This document shows positions 11,894 to 25,592 of a stretch of DNA of 64,000 bases, piece by piece. This stretch comes from the human T2T-CHM13v2.0 reference genome, Homo sapiens: NCBI RefSeq assembly GCF_009914755.1, contig NC_060926.1, one strand, 5' to 3'. The translations under genes were made by a program, and so were the position numbers. The notes under the pieces were generated by a model. The model was not told where the DNA came from, made no database searches, and saw only the letters and a list, made by a program, of their open reading frames with translations. Each line of letters opens with the position of its first letter. Within the stretch, counting starts at the first letter, position 1.

Positions 11894-12332
11894 CATGCTC
11901 CTGGACCTACAATGGGATTACATCCCAATAAACCCACTGTAAGCTGAAAATATTTTCAGTCAAAAGTGCATTTAATATTCCTAACCTGGTAGCTTCATAG
12001 CTTGTGAACATCATAGCTTAGCTGAACCTACCTTAAATGTGTTCAGAACACTTATATTAGTCTACACTTGGGCAAAATCATCTGGCAGCGCAAATACTGT
12101 ACAGTATGGGTTGCTTTACATGGTGATTGTGTGGCTGAGTGTAAGCTGTGGCTTGTCATTGCCCAAGATTGCAAGAGTATGTCCTACCACTTATCTCTCG
12201 CCTAGAAAAAGATCAAAATTCAAAATTTGAAGTAAGGTTTCTACTGTGCATCACTTTCTTATCACTTGTAAAGTAAAACAAAACAAACAAAACAAAACAT
12301 AAGTTGAACCATCGTAAGTTGGGGACTATCTG
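11894..12332. mobile_element. Tigger3/MER7-family non-autonomous element
   Basis: Ends 'gctcctggacctacaatgggattacatcccaataaaccc' and 'aaccatcgtaagttggggactatctg' followed by TA. Confidence 0.85.
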
Positions 12333-13734
12333 TATCTATACCTCGGAAGGGTAAAATTCAGGGAAAGTATAGATTTTAATACTCGAACATTTATTTATAT
12401 TTAGGTATATGACAAGAGATCAATATGAACCTCCAAAGTGGGTAAGGGATAAGCAACATAAGTCTAGTAGCTACTGTGCTGTATTGAAAAAATCTGGCCT
12501 TAAGGTATAAAATTGCAATTTATTATCTGCCTGTTGGTATGCCGGGCATTTCCTCATACATCTTTCACCTCGTAATATATTTTTCAGATATGTGTTTCTA
12601 GCCCAATTTTACAGATAGAAGAATTAAAGGTGGTTTGCACTACAGAAAACAACAGAATGTAGAGATAAAATGCCTTGTTGTCAGTTACCAAGGAGAGTCC
12701 TATACATGGTGAAGGATTGAGCTGCTCAGGAAACATACCTGGCCTAAAGCCAGGAAGGTAACCTTTGCAGAGGGATTCAGAGAGCTCCGTGCTGATACAT
12801 TCTCTGGGAAGCCTGTCCTCATTCTTAAACCAGGTTCACTCTTCTACTGTTTGCTTCTATGCTTCTATGACACTCTGCTGTTGTGTTCACCACACTTGAC
12901 TAGAATTATTTGAAGTAATCAAATTCTTTTTAGTGCATGTTTTCTTATTCATTAGACATGACGTTCTGCAGCTAGTATATAACAGGCTTTAGTACATAGA
13001 TGGTAACAGATGGATGGCTAGATAGTGATGTAAATGTGGCAGATTGATCTTTTCTCCTCCTTCTCACTCCGTTCCTGGAAAAGGGCCTTTGATAGATGGG
13101 GAAAAAAATGAATGATTTCATTAGCACAATGAAGAGAAGATTTATCTTTTAAGAGGCAGCCAGTATTAGCAAGAGAATGGCTGTTTTGTCCTGTGAATGT
13201 TTATCCTACAAAACTGAGGGGCTTAATACCCACAATCAGCGATGGGCTCCCACTAGATCTGACAGTAAGTAAATGCACTGGTTTAGATGATGGTACTTAC
13301 TATGGCAGGAAAAAAAATACAGTGCGCCTTCAAAAGTAGAAACTTACTTTTGCTCATTTAAAGAGAAAATGGTGATGGGGGAGAAGAGTGCTGTGTCACA
13401 TAGTCATTGAGGAATCCACGCCAACAAGGGCTTTGAGAAATACATTCTACCTGGGAGCCCAAGAGGAAAGGGAAAAGGATTTGTGAAAAGCAAGCTAGCT
13501 TTGCCACATTAACCTAAATAGAAAGCCACTCAAGTGTCTAATGCAATTTTTGTGGTTCTCTGAAGACTTGACTCCACAATTTGACTTATATTTCCTTTAA
13601 ATAATTTTGTCCTGGTGGAGTAAGTCTTGCACTAATACAGATGCAAATACTGGAACATTGTTTTTCTATGCATAACTTGATGGTAGTGATTAATTTATAC
13701 TCTAGTCAATAAAAACATGCATTTCTTTGTGTAT

Positions 13735-13828
13735 TATGTAACATATACATATATATAGTGTGTGTGTACGTATACACATATATGTATATATGTGTGTGTG
13801 TGTGTATATATATATAAATAAATATAAA
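13735..13828. repeat. Compound (TA)/(TG) microsatellite
   Basis: Directly visible. Confidence 0.9.
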
Positions 13829-14004
13829 AGGGTTTAAGATAAAGACGTGTGCAGCAGACAGTAGATTGGTATGATGTCAGAGAAGGAATTCCTGGATGAC
13901 TCGGGACTACATTTACTGTGAGTTTCAGTCTGATCTCTGCAGAGGACATGGAGGGACAGAACTGATGCAGTGAGTTTATACATCTTCATTTTCCCTCATT
14001 CACT

Positions 14005-15340
14005 TTTTAAGAAAATTATTTTGTTTATTAACATATATACTTTTTAAGCTTTGAAACAATAAATTTACAGAAGTATTGAAAGTACAGTATAAATATATAT
14101 ATTTTTTGCTGAACCGTTTGAGAGCAAGCAGTAACCTGTTGCCCAAATCACTTCTATTTTAGTGTGCATGTGATTAGCATGTATGGGATGATTTATTACA
14201 CAGCCATTGTGATTGCAACATCACTGAATTCTCAGACCCCACTCAACAGCCCCATCAATTTTTCCTATTAATGCCCTCTAGAGTAGAATGATACAGTTCA
14301 GAATCATGTGTTACATTTGATTATTATGTCTCTTTATTCTCCTTAGGTCTAAAACAGTTACTTAATCTTTCCTTAGCTTTCATGACCTTGCCACTTTTGG
14401 AGATTACAGGTCAGTATTTTGTAGTAGAATGCCTCTCAATTTGAGTTTTTCATTATGACTAGATTCAGGTCATGTATCTTTGACAAGAACATCAGAAGTA
14501 ATGATGTGTTTTTCTCACTGTATCCTGTCAAATGGTGTACAGTTTTTATTATCCCAACTATTAATGATGCTAATTTTGATAATTTGATTCTGATGATGTC
14601 TGTCAGGCTTTTCCACTTACCTTTTCGCTTAGTAGATAAGTTTATTGTGGGAAGGAACTTTTAACTATGTAAATATCCTGTTACTCATCAAACTTTTAAT
14701 CTAGTTGTTTATTTGTATCTGTATTGAGATATATTTTCTTACTTAATTCCATGCATTACCATCCATTATTGTCATTATTTGTTTTGATGTTTAATTTGCT
14801 CCCAGTTTGGCCAAGTGGAACTCTTCAATCTGGTTTCTGTGTCTTTTTGACATGTTTCTAACTTCTTGGAGCACTTTCTGTCACAACATTATGATCTAGG
14901 CTTGTACTTGCCCTGCCCCAAACCTAAAATCTATTTTCTCAAGGACCACAAAGTTCATTTTAGTGGAGAATGGTATTTAGAAGCCCAGATTTGGGAGGTA
15001 GATGTGCTCATTTATATTGGGGTGTCATTGCCCCCAGGCCCTTGCAGCAGATAGCACTTAAAGATATATAAATGTATATACACATAGGCATACATCAATA
15101 TCTGTATACCTTTCTCTAGCTTTATTGATTAAAAACCATGAGTTTGTACAGATACTTCTAATTCCAATATAGTAGCACAGGGTTTATTCTAGTTTTCTCC
15201 TTTCCACATTTGTAACTCATTTATCTGATGGTGAGAAACCTAGCTCCATTGCCTTTATTATACTTTTAAAATTTATCTGCCCACATGTTAACTAACCCAC
15301 CATCTGCTGCTAATTCCCTCATTCTGTGTTTCCTTCCTTA
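14005..15340 (-). mobile_element. Ancient L1 3' region (L1MC-like)
   Basis: 'tagattcaggtcatgtatc', 'ttttagtggagaatggtatttagaagcccagat', 'ggtgagaaacctagctcc'. Confidence 0.7.
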
Positions 15341-16084
15341 TCTTGTATACACGAGTCTACTACCCTAGGCCATTTTCTTCCCTACCATGGACAATCTCCT
15401 GCCTCTGTCTGGCTGACTGTCCACTCCAGGATGCATCCTGGCATGGACTATTCTTGACTCTGCTTGTTTTCTGATACCTCAGGCCAGGCTGCCCCCAAGC
15501 TTGGATGCCACCATGGGGTCTGACTCCCAACCAGGATGCCCTTCTCTTGCTTGAGCCCTGAAAATCTGCACCAGTCTGGATCTCTGATAAATACCTGCCT
15601 CACCCACTGAGGCTCTGACTTCCTATACTGGGTTTCCCCCACCTCTGGAGGTTGCCCTTTTTATCCTGCTTGATCTCTGACGCCACTTACGGGACCGCCT
15701 CTCTGTTGGAATGTTACATTTACCACTCTGGGCTGTCCCCATGTGTTATTTGTCTGTTCACCTTGCTTGGGCTGATGTCCTGCATGGGCACCAGCTTTAA
15801 CCTTACTTGAGATCTTACACCCCACATCCAGCAACAATCCGCAACCTGGATGTAGCCACCTTTGTGTCACTTTGCTCAGGGTCTCTGACATCTCATTCTA
15901 CACCATCACAGCTTCCCCAGCCCACCCCTTACCAGTGTGGCCAACTACGTTCCCTTGCTCCACCAGTTACTTTAGGAGTGCATTTTTTAAGGAAGAGAAG
16001 GGAAGAAAAAGGGCAAGAACAGTTGCACTGCCTTTTTGAATGAAGATCCTTAGGGGGATGTGGAGTTATTTAAATTTTTGATTT

Positions 16085-16500
16085 AGTCATTAATTCATAA
16101 AGCAAATATATGTAAGCACCTACTCTTTGTCAGGCTCTGATCTGAGTTCTGGGTCTATAGTGCAGTATACAAAACAATGCCCCTGATCCCATGGGTTTAT
16201 ATTCTCATGGAGTTGGAAAGATACTCAATACTAAAGGAACTAATTTGGTTTTGGCCTGCCCATGTAAGGACACTGGGGCATTAATCTGGTAAAGTGGCCA
16301 CATAATTAGTCCATCCTGTGCTTGGTGCCATGAAGAAAATTAAGGCAAGAATTTTGTAAAGTGATTTGAGCAGACTTAATGGGAAAGGCCGACTATAAGG
16401 AAAAAGTCCAAAACAGAAAAGTTGCAGGAATAAATGTCCTGGAGACATAAAAGCTCAAGTACGTTATAGAGAGGTCAGAGTGACTTGATCACTAGTTAGC
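16085..16500 (-). mobile_element. L2 fragment
   Basis: 'aaatatatgtaagcacctactctttgtcaggc' corresponds to the L2 3' end on the minus strand. Confidence 0.6.
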
Positions 16501-17779
16501 AATATTTGGGAGAGCTCTTTCAGATACACTAGGGAATTAGATAAGTAATCAACACTTCTGTGGTGCAAAAGCTAGACCCCATGGGTCTGAACTAAGAATA
16601 TGCCCTAATTAGGACTAAAGTTTAACTTTTCCAAGTAGTAATTTGCAATCAGGTAATATCCAGTGATATTGCCCATATGGTCTTACTGAAGTTAGAAGCA
16701 CCAGGAGGCAGCTTGGAGCTATCTCAGTGCTGAGTAGAGAGTGATGGAGAGAAAACAAATTTATCTTCCTTGAACTAAGCATATCCTTCCTTGTCTGTTC
16801 TGTTTAGACTTGGCTTGTGACTGTGATGCTCCAACCTACAAAAGGGGATACTTAAACTGCCTGAAAGAGAATTTATGGGGATGGGTACCTCTGTTTTCAA
16901 GGACAAGGCAACCACTGGTGCAGACAAATCCTTCCACATGTGCTTGAATGAATTGCTCACTTTTAAATTAGTTATATTAGAAAAGTTTAACACCATAGCA
17001 CCTTGTTTGTGAGGTGGTTTTTAAGGAAGAAGAATAGAGAAAATATTTGCAATGAATTCTGCCAAATAATTCAAAGTCATCTGCTCAACAGTTAAGGAAT
17101 AGCAAAACCAGCCAGACTGGATTTTTTTTTTCTGTTTATGCCCAGACTTACATCTGAGTTCTCTTTAAGATACTATAAAATCAGAATGTCCCATTCAATT
17201 TAAGGTTCAGTACAGCTTGGTATATAGATCAATATAGTGGTTTATGGATTCATTATATTTTGTCATAATGTATGTGGCTTATAGGGCCTTTAGTGGCTCA
17301 TACTAAGAAAACCGTACCTTTCCTGAGATGATTAAAGAAAGACTGTGAGGAAATACCTGATTCTCTCTCCTTCAAATCTAGCAGAAAATTACCACATTTA
17401 ACAAGCAAATAAATAATTTCGTGAGAAATCAGCAGATGCTAATACTGACTTTACTAGATGATTTCCACTTTTGTTTTTCGGTTTCTAAAATGTGTTTATG
17501 TGAAAATAATCACCCTAACAACCTTAGAAGTTATTTCCTTCTGTAAAATATAGGTATGATTAACAAGAGTATATTTGAACTCATAGGCTCACAGCACAAC
17601 AAATGTTTGTATTTTCCTTCTTTACTAATTTTCTATCTTTTACATCTATACTTTCACATTGATAATTGTTTAATCCTCACAGATTATGGTAAAAAGTATA
17701 GAGAGTTAAAATATTCACATTTTAAACACTTATATTTTATTTTCCCAGTAACTAAAAACTGAAATACCTGTATTTTGGG

Positions 17780-18940
17780 GAACTCCACTTTCTTCTGGGC
17801 TGGTAGGAATTCCTGCCAAATTGACCCTCCCACAGATAGCAGCCATAAACTCTGGGTAAAATTGGAAAAAATTCCTGGCTGGGTGCAGTGGCTCACACCT
17901 GTAATCCTAGCACTTTGGAAGGCTGAGACGGGTGGATTGCTTGAGGTCAGGAGTTCAAGACCACCCTGGCCAACATGGTGAAACCCTATCTCTACTTAAA
18001 AATACAAAAATTAGCCGGGCATGGTGACGCACACTTGTAATCCCAACTATTTGGGAGGCTGAGGCAGAATGATTTGAACCTGGGAGGCAGAGGCTGCAAT
18101 GAGTCGAGGTCACACAATGGCACTCCAGGCTGGGTGACAGAGGGAGATTCTGTCTCAGAAAAAAAAAAAAATTCCTGAGGACAGGGGAAAGTGAAGTGAT
18201 CAAAAGTGAGCAGATTTTCTAGGGGAATTTTACAGAAGAAGGGAAAAACACTGATTGCATTTCCTACTTTTACAGGTTTTAGCCTAAGAGTATGTTGTAG
18301 TCACTGATTTGAGGGGCAGATAGAGAGGGTTAAAATCAGATAGAAAACCGTACAATTCTTCTGTCCTGAAGGACCAGAGGGCACAGTTTGAGACAACCAC
18401 AGCTGTTAGAAAACAGAAAAGAAATCCCAGAAAAGAGAGAACCAGAAACAGAAAGCCCTAAATTCTGAGTATAAAGTTTGCTCAAATCTCTGGCTGGCCC
18501 ATCAACCATGCATGAGTAGGGTGACCTTCAGGCTCTAAAGCTAAGGACAAAAGAACTGAACTGAGATTTGAACAACCATTCAAAAGGTAGAGTTTGGAGC
18601 TTGAGTCCAAACACATTAATTGCCTTTTAAAATAGACAATAAAGGAAAACACTCTTTGGAAGAATATAGTAGATCCTAGGGTCCACAACAAACAATATTC
18701 AGGACACAATCCAAAATTTCTTCACGTATGAGAACCAGGAAATTGTGATCTACTTTGAAGCAAAAAGATAATCAGTGGAGACTGACTCCCTCATGACCAA
18801 AATGTTAAAAACTAGACAAGTATTTTAAAGCAAGTTTTATGACTATGCTTAGTGAATGTAAAGAAAATATGCTCATGATGTTTGAAGTTATAACATCTCA
18901 GAAGGGAAATAAAAACTATAAAACAGAACCAAATAGAAAA
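17780..18940 (+). mobile_element. Ancient L1M 5'/ORF1-region remnant interrupted by Alu
   Basis: A-rich; 'caggacacaatccaaaattt', 'gagaaccaggaaattgtga', 'aaaacagaaccaaatagaaa'. Confidence 0.55.
17877..18170 (+). mobile_element. AluS (Sx/Sz-like)
   Basis: Full Alu with A tail; TSD AAAAAATTCCT on both sides. Confidence 0.96.
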
Positions 18941-18999
18941 AGATATTTCTTATGACTAGTACTTAACCCAGTGTGGGTCACAGAGTAGACAGTTTATTT

Positions 19000-19270
19000 C
19001 TTCATTTTTATTTTTATGACTGATTTTATTTCAAATGGCAGATTAACACAAATTAAACTTTATATCTATTTTTCCAGCTTTATTGAGATATAATTGATAA
19101 ATAAATTGGAATACATTTAATGTGTACATCATGATGATGTGATATTCATATACACTATGAAATGATTACCACAATCAAACTACTATTAACACAATCAAAT
19201 CTAATTAACACATCCATCACTTCCCATAGTTACCTTTGTGTTGTGTGTCTGTGAGAACACTTAAAGTCTA
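19000..19270 (-). mobile_element. L1MA 3' end fragment inserted in an L2 tail
   Basis: 'cagctttattgagatataattgat', 'aaatgattaccacaatcaa', 'catagttacc...gtgagaacacttaa'; candidate TSD core AGAGTAGA at ~18982 and ~19272. Confidence 0.8.
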
Positions 19271-19613
19271 TAGAGTAGATGCTTTAAAAATATTTGTTAA
19301 ATATTACTCAGAACTTTTTGATTTTTCTTTAACTTTTTGTCTTGAGTCTTACTTTTTTATTCTTATTGCCTGTTTGCTTAAAATTTGGCTTTATTCTTTA
19401 AAGAGTTTTTAGCTCTACCATATTGATTTCTTCATTCAAGCAGTTACTAGGTATGTAGCAGAAGAATGATGATGATGACAATAGTGATGGAGAAGGAGGA
19501 GGAGGAGGAGAAAGACAATTTGCTTCATGAAGACAGGAACATTTTATGTATCGCAGGTGCCTAACACAAGACCTGGGACATAGTTAATTACTCTAATTAA
19601 TATTTACTAAATG

Positions 19614-19903
19614 GGCTGGGAGTGGTGGCTCATGCCTGTAATCACAGGACTTTGGGAGGTTGAGGTGGGAGGATTGCTTGAGACCGGGAGTTCAAGCCAG
19701 CCTAGGCAATATAGGAAGATTCCATCTCCATAAAAATACAAAAAATTAGCCAGGCATGGTGGTTCATGCCAGTAGTCCCAGCTACTTTGGAGGCCAAGGG
19801 AGGAGGATCGCTTCAACCGGGGAGACTGAGGCTGCAGTGAGCTCTGATTGCACCACTGCATTCCAGCCTGGGTGACAGAGTGGGGAACCCTGTCTTGAGA
19901 AAA
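19614..19903 (+). mobile_element. AluJ
   Basis: 'ggaggattgcttgag' J-type motifs; TSD TTTACTAAATG on both sides; sits in an L2 3' end. Confidence 0.93.
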
Positions 19904-20489
19904 GTTTTTACTAAATGAATTAATAAATGAATAAACAAACAAAGGATTGAATACAAATATTCCATAAACTATCTCTGTTTTACTTTATCTTTTATCCACA
20001 CCTTGCTCTTTTAAATTCTCCTAATGTTGAGCTACCAGTTTCACATTGTCTATTTCTTCATTTCACTCTTTCTTCTTTGTTCTTTTGGGTGCTCAGCACT
20101 TTCTCTCTGTGGTTTTATTTTTCACCATGTCTTTTCTGAATCTCTTCTTGACCATCTGTTTTTCAATATGGATGAGGTGGAATTCACAGATTTGCCACCA
20201 TTTCTTTTTCAAACCTCTTGGGGTAAAACAAAAACATTAAATTGTAAGACAGTTCTGTATTGATCATAACTGGCTACCTTGCCTGTGAAAGATGCAGCCT
20301 TCTAAGTTGTTATTTTTCTTTCACAGAGCCATGATAGTAGCTCCCTTCAGCAGCACACCATGTAGAGGTTCTTATATTAGACTAACAGCTTTCATAGAAT
20401 AAACATATAAGGACCTTGCCTTTCAGCAAATTATTCAGAAACTGAATCAACACTGTTACCTTACTAGTAATAATTAAAAGATAATATTG

Positions 20490-21480
20490 TTTTCATTGCA
20501 AGTAAGAGAAACTCAATCTAGCCCAGGCATAGAAAGGTAATTTATTAAGGGTCTTATCATAGAAACTCTGGTTTAAGTGTCAAACCAGGAGATAGAGTGG
20601 TTCAAATAATGTCACCAGACTTAGCCATGTGCTCACTATCTCTTCACAGTGCTTCCCTCTTACTTTATTTCAACCTTAGGTGGACGTTCTTTTTATGATA
20701 GAAAGATGCCTTCTGGAAGCTCCAAACTCCCATTTAACTTCTCTGAGTCCCTCTCTGGGTGCTTACTCACTGATTAGACAGATTTGGGGCATATGCTATT
20801 ATGAAAACACTCATTACATCCAGGGCAAGGAATATGCTTTTGCCCAGATTGCCTAATGTGTTCACCTGTAGTGGACATTACTAGTGCCCTGAAAATATCT
20901 CCTGATCTTCTTCGCATGCCCTTTTGGCCTATCCTTGAGTACTGTGTGCTTTGCTGCTATTGCCTTGCAGCTGCAATCTTCAGAGGATTGCCCTGAACTG
21001 TCTTGACTCAGAGAAAGAGAGAGAAAGAAAGAGAGGTAGAGACATCATGGAAAAGAAAGAATGCCTGTAAGTCTATATTGGTTTTGGGTCAGCCCATAGT
21101 AAATTACAAGACTGAGATATAAAAGACAAGCTCCCTTGCTGTGAGGCAAAACAAACTCTAATTTGCAGCTTTATACTTCAGAGCTCTCTGTCTCTGGCAT
21201 GAAACAGGGTAGAACTTTACCCTAAATCACATGCTTGTATGACTTCCTCCTCTTCCCTATCTTTCTCCCCCCCCTTTCTTGTGGATTATTTGGGAAGCAC
21301 CTCCTAAAGAAATCATTTGCAATCAATTTCTTGGCTTAGAATCAGCTTCTGAGAGAATCTAACCCAGAAAGTATCCTTGACTGCAGGAGTCCAGACTAAT
21401 ATGGAGTCAGAGCTGGAAAAGGAGGCTAAGGAGAATCAACATGCTGTTACCAGATGGGAAATCAAAGCTGGTAGATTAAA
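20490..21480. mobile_element. Old MLT1 fragment with nested LTR16-like ERVL LTR (~20867-21370)
   Basis: 'ttgcaagtaagagaaactcaa' (MLT1); 'tgtagtggaca...aaatcatttgc...cagcttctgagagaatctaacc' (LTR16-like). Confidence 0.55.
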
Positions 21481-22041
21481 ACAATAGTATGAGGTGTAAC
21501 TTCCAAATTAGTACAAGTTAACTCCTTTTATTGCTTCTTTCAATTCTGTTTTTTTTTTTTTTTTTTTACGATGGCAACTATTTCTTCTACAAAATGTGTA
21601 GAAATAATTCTCTTTGGCTTGCCTTCTGTCTTTATACTATTAATACAGTTCTGTCTTCCCTTTCTGTTTTGACTTTGGTTGGTTGAGACTCAGATTCCAG
21701 CTTATATGGAGATATTTTTGAGATATTGAGAGGTCTCTTCTGTTGTGATCTCTGTGATGCAGTTTGTATAAAATATGTCTGAGCTTGGTCTGTCCATTCC
21801 TAATCTTTTTTCATCTTAACATGAGGTAACTCCAGTACTCAAGTTGTATTCTATAGACCACTTGCTTTAAGGGGACAATCTTGATTTATTTCATTTGCCA
21901 ATTTAATTCCAAAACTTCTCATTACTGGCATAATGAGATATTTTGCATATTTAAATAGCACTTTTCTTTGTTTTTCAGTATCTGGTTTTAAAGAAAAATA
22001 TAATTTTGTCCATAAAAATGTGTTTTAAGGATTTCGTAATA

Positions 22042-23699
22042 TGAGGGTGCCTTTAATAAGTTCATAGGAAATGCATATTATGAAAAAAACTATACATATT
22101 TCAAAGTTGTTGCACAAAAATAAATTTGTAATAACTTGTTATAACCTAGCTGTATAGGATCTAGTTTGAGGTACCAAGAAGGATAAGATATCAGTTTGAA
22201 AGGAGCCCCTATCAGAGTAACATGAATTCTGCTAAAACTGAGGCAAAAACAAACATCAAATTTATGGTGAAGCTTGGGTGGAAGAATGTGAAATCATTGA
22301 TGTTTTACGAAAAGTTTATGGAGACAATGCCACAAATAAATTAGTAGTTTGCAAATGGATAACTCATTTTAAGAAAGGAAGAGGCAGTGTTGAAGATGAA
22401 GCTGGCAGCAGCAGATCATCCACATTAATTGGCCAGGAAAAAATTAATTTTATACATGCCCTAATTAAAGAGGGCCGGTGATTGACAGCAGAAACAATAG
22501 CAGATACCATAGACATCTCAATTGGTTCAGCTCACCATTCTCCCTGAAAAATTAAAGTTGAGCAAATTATCCACTCTCTGGGTACCAAAATCATCGTGCC
22601 CAGATTAGCTGCAGATGAGAGCAGAGCTTTCAATGGAAATTTTAAACAAGAGGGATCAAGATCTTGAAGTATTTCTTTGAAGAACTGTAACAGGAGATGA
22701 AACATGGCTTTACCAGTATGAACCTGAAGACAAGGCTTAATCAAAGCAATGGCTACCAAGAGGTTGAAATGGTCCAGTCAAAGCAAAAACAGAGTGGTCA
22801 AGAGCAAAAATCGTAGCAACTTTTTTGGGGGATGCTTAAAGCATTTGACTTGTTGACTTTCTGGAGGGGCAGAGAACAGTAGCATCTGCTTATTATGGGA
22901 GTGTTTTGAGAAAGTGAGCCAAAGCTTTAGCAGAAAAGTGCCTAGGAAAGCTTCAACAGAGAGTTCTTCACCACAATGACAACGTTCCAGCTCATTTATT
23001 TTATCAAACGGTAATTTTGTAAGAGTTCTGATGGGAAATCACTAGGTAACCATCTTTCTTTTCTGATTTGGCTCCTTGTGACTTGTTTTTGTTTCCTAAT
23101 CCCAAAAAATCTGTAAAGAGCACTGATATGGTTTGGTTGTGTCCCCACCCAAATCTCATCTTGAATTGTAACTCCCACAATTCCCATATGTTGTGGGAGG
23201 GACCCAGTGGGAGGTAATTGAATCATGGGGGTGGGTCTTTCCCATGCTGTTCTTCTGATAGTGAATACGTCTCATGAGATCTGATGGTTTTATAAAGGGG
23301 AGTTTCCCTGCAGAAGCTCTCATCTTCTCTTGTTTGCTGCCATGTGAGATGTGCCTTTCACCTTCTGCCATGATTGTGAGGCCTCCCTAGCCATGTGGAA
23401 CTGTGAGTCCATTAAACCTTTTCCTTTTGTAAATTGCCGAGTCTTGGGTATGTCTCTATCAGCAGCATGAAAATGGACTAATACAGTCACCTAGTGTTCT
23501 TCAGTTAATAATGTAAAAAGACTGCATTGATAGTGATTAAATTCCCAGGGCCCTCAGTCCTTTAGGGACGGATTAAGTGCTGGTATCATTGCTTTAAAAA
23601 GTGTCTTGAATTTGATGAAGCATATGTTGATAAATAAAGTTTACATTTTTTGTTTTTGTCTTTTAATTCCATTTTCCACAAACTTTTGAAGTTCCCTCA
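22042..23699 (+). mobile_element. Hsmar2 mariner transposon, full length, transposase pseudogene (ATG at 22222)
   Basis: TA-preceded terminal inverted repeat TGAGGG... / ...AACTTTTGAAGTTCCCTCA; MNSAK start; ORF 22278-22481 EIIDVLRKVYGDNA...KWITHFKKGR; VTGDETW and SDLAPCD remnants. Confidence 0.93.
23124..23485 (+). mobile_element. THE1 (C/D-like) solo LTR nested in Hsmar2
   Basis: TGATATGGTTTGG...GGACTAATACA; degenerate 5-bp TSD AGCAC/GTCAC. Confidence 0.95.
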
Positions 23700-25189
23700 T
23701 GTGTACCTGCTCTCCTTCAGTCAATGATGGTTTTTTCTCAAGTTATAGTAAGTTGTTAACTATATAACCAGCCATTTCTCTATATGCATTATTTTTATGC
23801 AGCTCTAAATGTTTTCGGTACAAGAGTTTTAAGAATCCAAATCTACATTCTATATTTAGAAATGTCATTGGTTTCAATTTGAACTTTATCTCTAAAATTA
23901 AAAATGTTATTTTTACACTGTTAATACTTCTTACTCATACACTTGAGTCATTTCAATATTTTATAAACTTCATTGATAATGTAAACAAAGTCTGTTTAGA
24001 AAGAAAGGTCTCAAAAACCCAATTTCAGGTGCCACCTTCTTCCTAAAAGTAGCCTGATTTTATTTTGTGTCACTTTGTTCTTCACTCAAAGTTTTATTTA
24101 TCATAATGTATAGTAATGTATAGCTTCCCTACATATTCTCTTTTCCTGGTGAATTGAGAGCTTCTCTATAGCTAAACAGTTTTTTGCTTATATTCATGTG
24201 TCTAGCATCTAGCACAGTCCCAAATACAAAGCATAATTTCAAAATGTCAGTTGAATCAATGCTTCATGAATAACACATAAAAACACTGAATAATCTGCTA
24301 ACTTCTGTTGCTGCAATGTCTGCTTTAAAAATAATTGTGCTTATGAGTTGTGGACCCTCAAATTTGGGAAGGTCTTTAAAATTCACTAGGAAGTTGAGAT
24401 TCTTCCTAAGAAAATTCAGAAAGCTGGTAAGTTCAGAAGTTGGGATCAAACCCAGGCCTTCTGATTCCATGCTAAAATTCTCTCTTTATTCTTGAATTGG
24501 CAACCTGGCATTTGCTCACATCTTTATCCTTGCTTTATGACTTCCTTTGCTCCTGAAACTACTCTTGAAAATGTATGTTATTTAATTCCTTTTTTTATAT
24601 TAGAATAGCATGTTTCCTAATATTTTTCTCTTAAATCCATTACTTCTCTTTTATTCTCATTTCTTTAACTGAATCTGTACAGTTTTCTCTGTTTTTTAAT
24701 TTTCTCAAATTTTGTTACTCTTATTTTATTTCCTTCTATATGTTCTCACATGAATCACTTCTACAAATGGAAGTCCCTACTTTATTTTCTGAAAGTTCAT
24801 GGCTGTACTTTCTGCTTGGAAGGTTAAAAAATCTTTTAAAATTGTCTCACTATTTTCTGATGTCCTTTTAGTTTAAAATATACAAAATTATATGTTCATA
24901 TATCATCATAAAATATTCCTTGTAAATAGTTGGAAAATTATTATATCTTGTTATTCAATTGTCTAACAGATGATATGTAACTGGGCACAAAAATACATGA
25001 ATTCACATATTTAGTTAGAGATCATGTGCAAAAGACAGAATGAGTGACATATACCAAAGTTGAAACACCAAAGGGTCTAAGAACTGGTTTTGAAAGTTTA
25101 AAATCCAAAATAATAGTATAAAAATTAAAGATATATTTACAATAAGAAGACAAATAATGAGGTTTAGACCTATTGTGTATCATAGTGAT

Positions 25190-25592
25190 TTCTATAGTCT
25201 GGAAATTTATTCTCTCCAAACCTCATGTTGAAATTTGATCCCCGAGGTTGGAGGTGGGGAGGTGTTTGGGTCATGGAGTGGATCCCTCATGAATAGATTA
25301 ATTTCCTCCCTTAGGAGTGAGTTCTCACTCTATTAGTTCTGTGATAACTGGTTGTTTAAAAGAGCCTGGCACCTCCCCCATCTTATTCTCTCTCTAGCTT
25401 CATTTTTCACCATGTGATCTCTACACACATCAGCTCCCCTTCACCTTTGGCCATGAATGGACACAGTCTGAGGATTTCAACAGGTGTCCAATCTTTCAGC
25501 CAGCAGAATTGTAAGCCAAGTAAACCTTTTTTTTCTTTAAAAACTCTCCAGTCTCAGGTATTCCTTTCTGGCAATACAAACAGACTAAGACA
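25190..25592 (+). mobile_element. MST (MSTB/C-like) MaLR solo LTR
   Basis: 'ctccaaacctcatgttgaaatttgatccc'...'acaaacagactaagaca'; perfect TSD GTGAT at 25185-25189 and 25593-25597. Confidence 0.9.

Noticed and set aside
22222-23620. Possible domesticated transposase (SETMAR-like)
   Set aside because: Frameshifts, stop codons and an LTR insertion disrupt it; SETMAR derives from Hsmar1, not Hsmar2.
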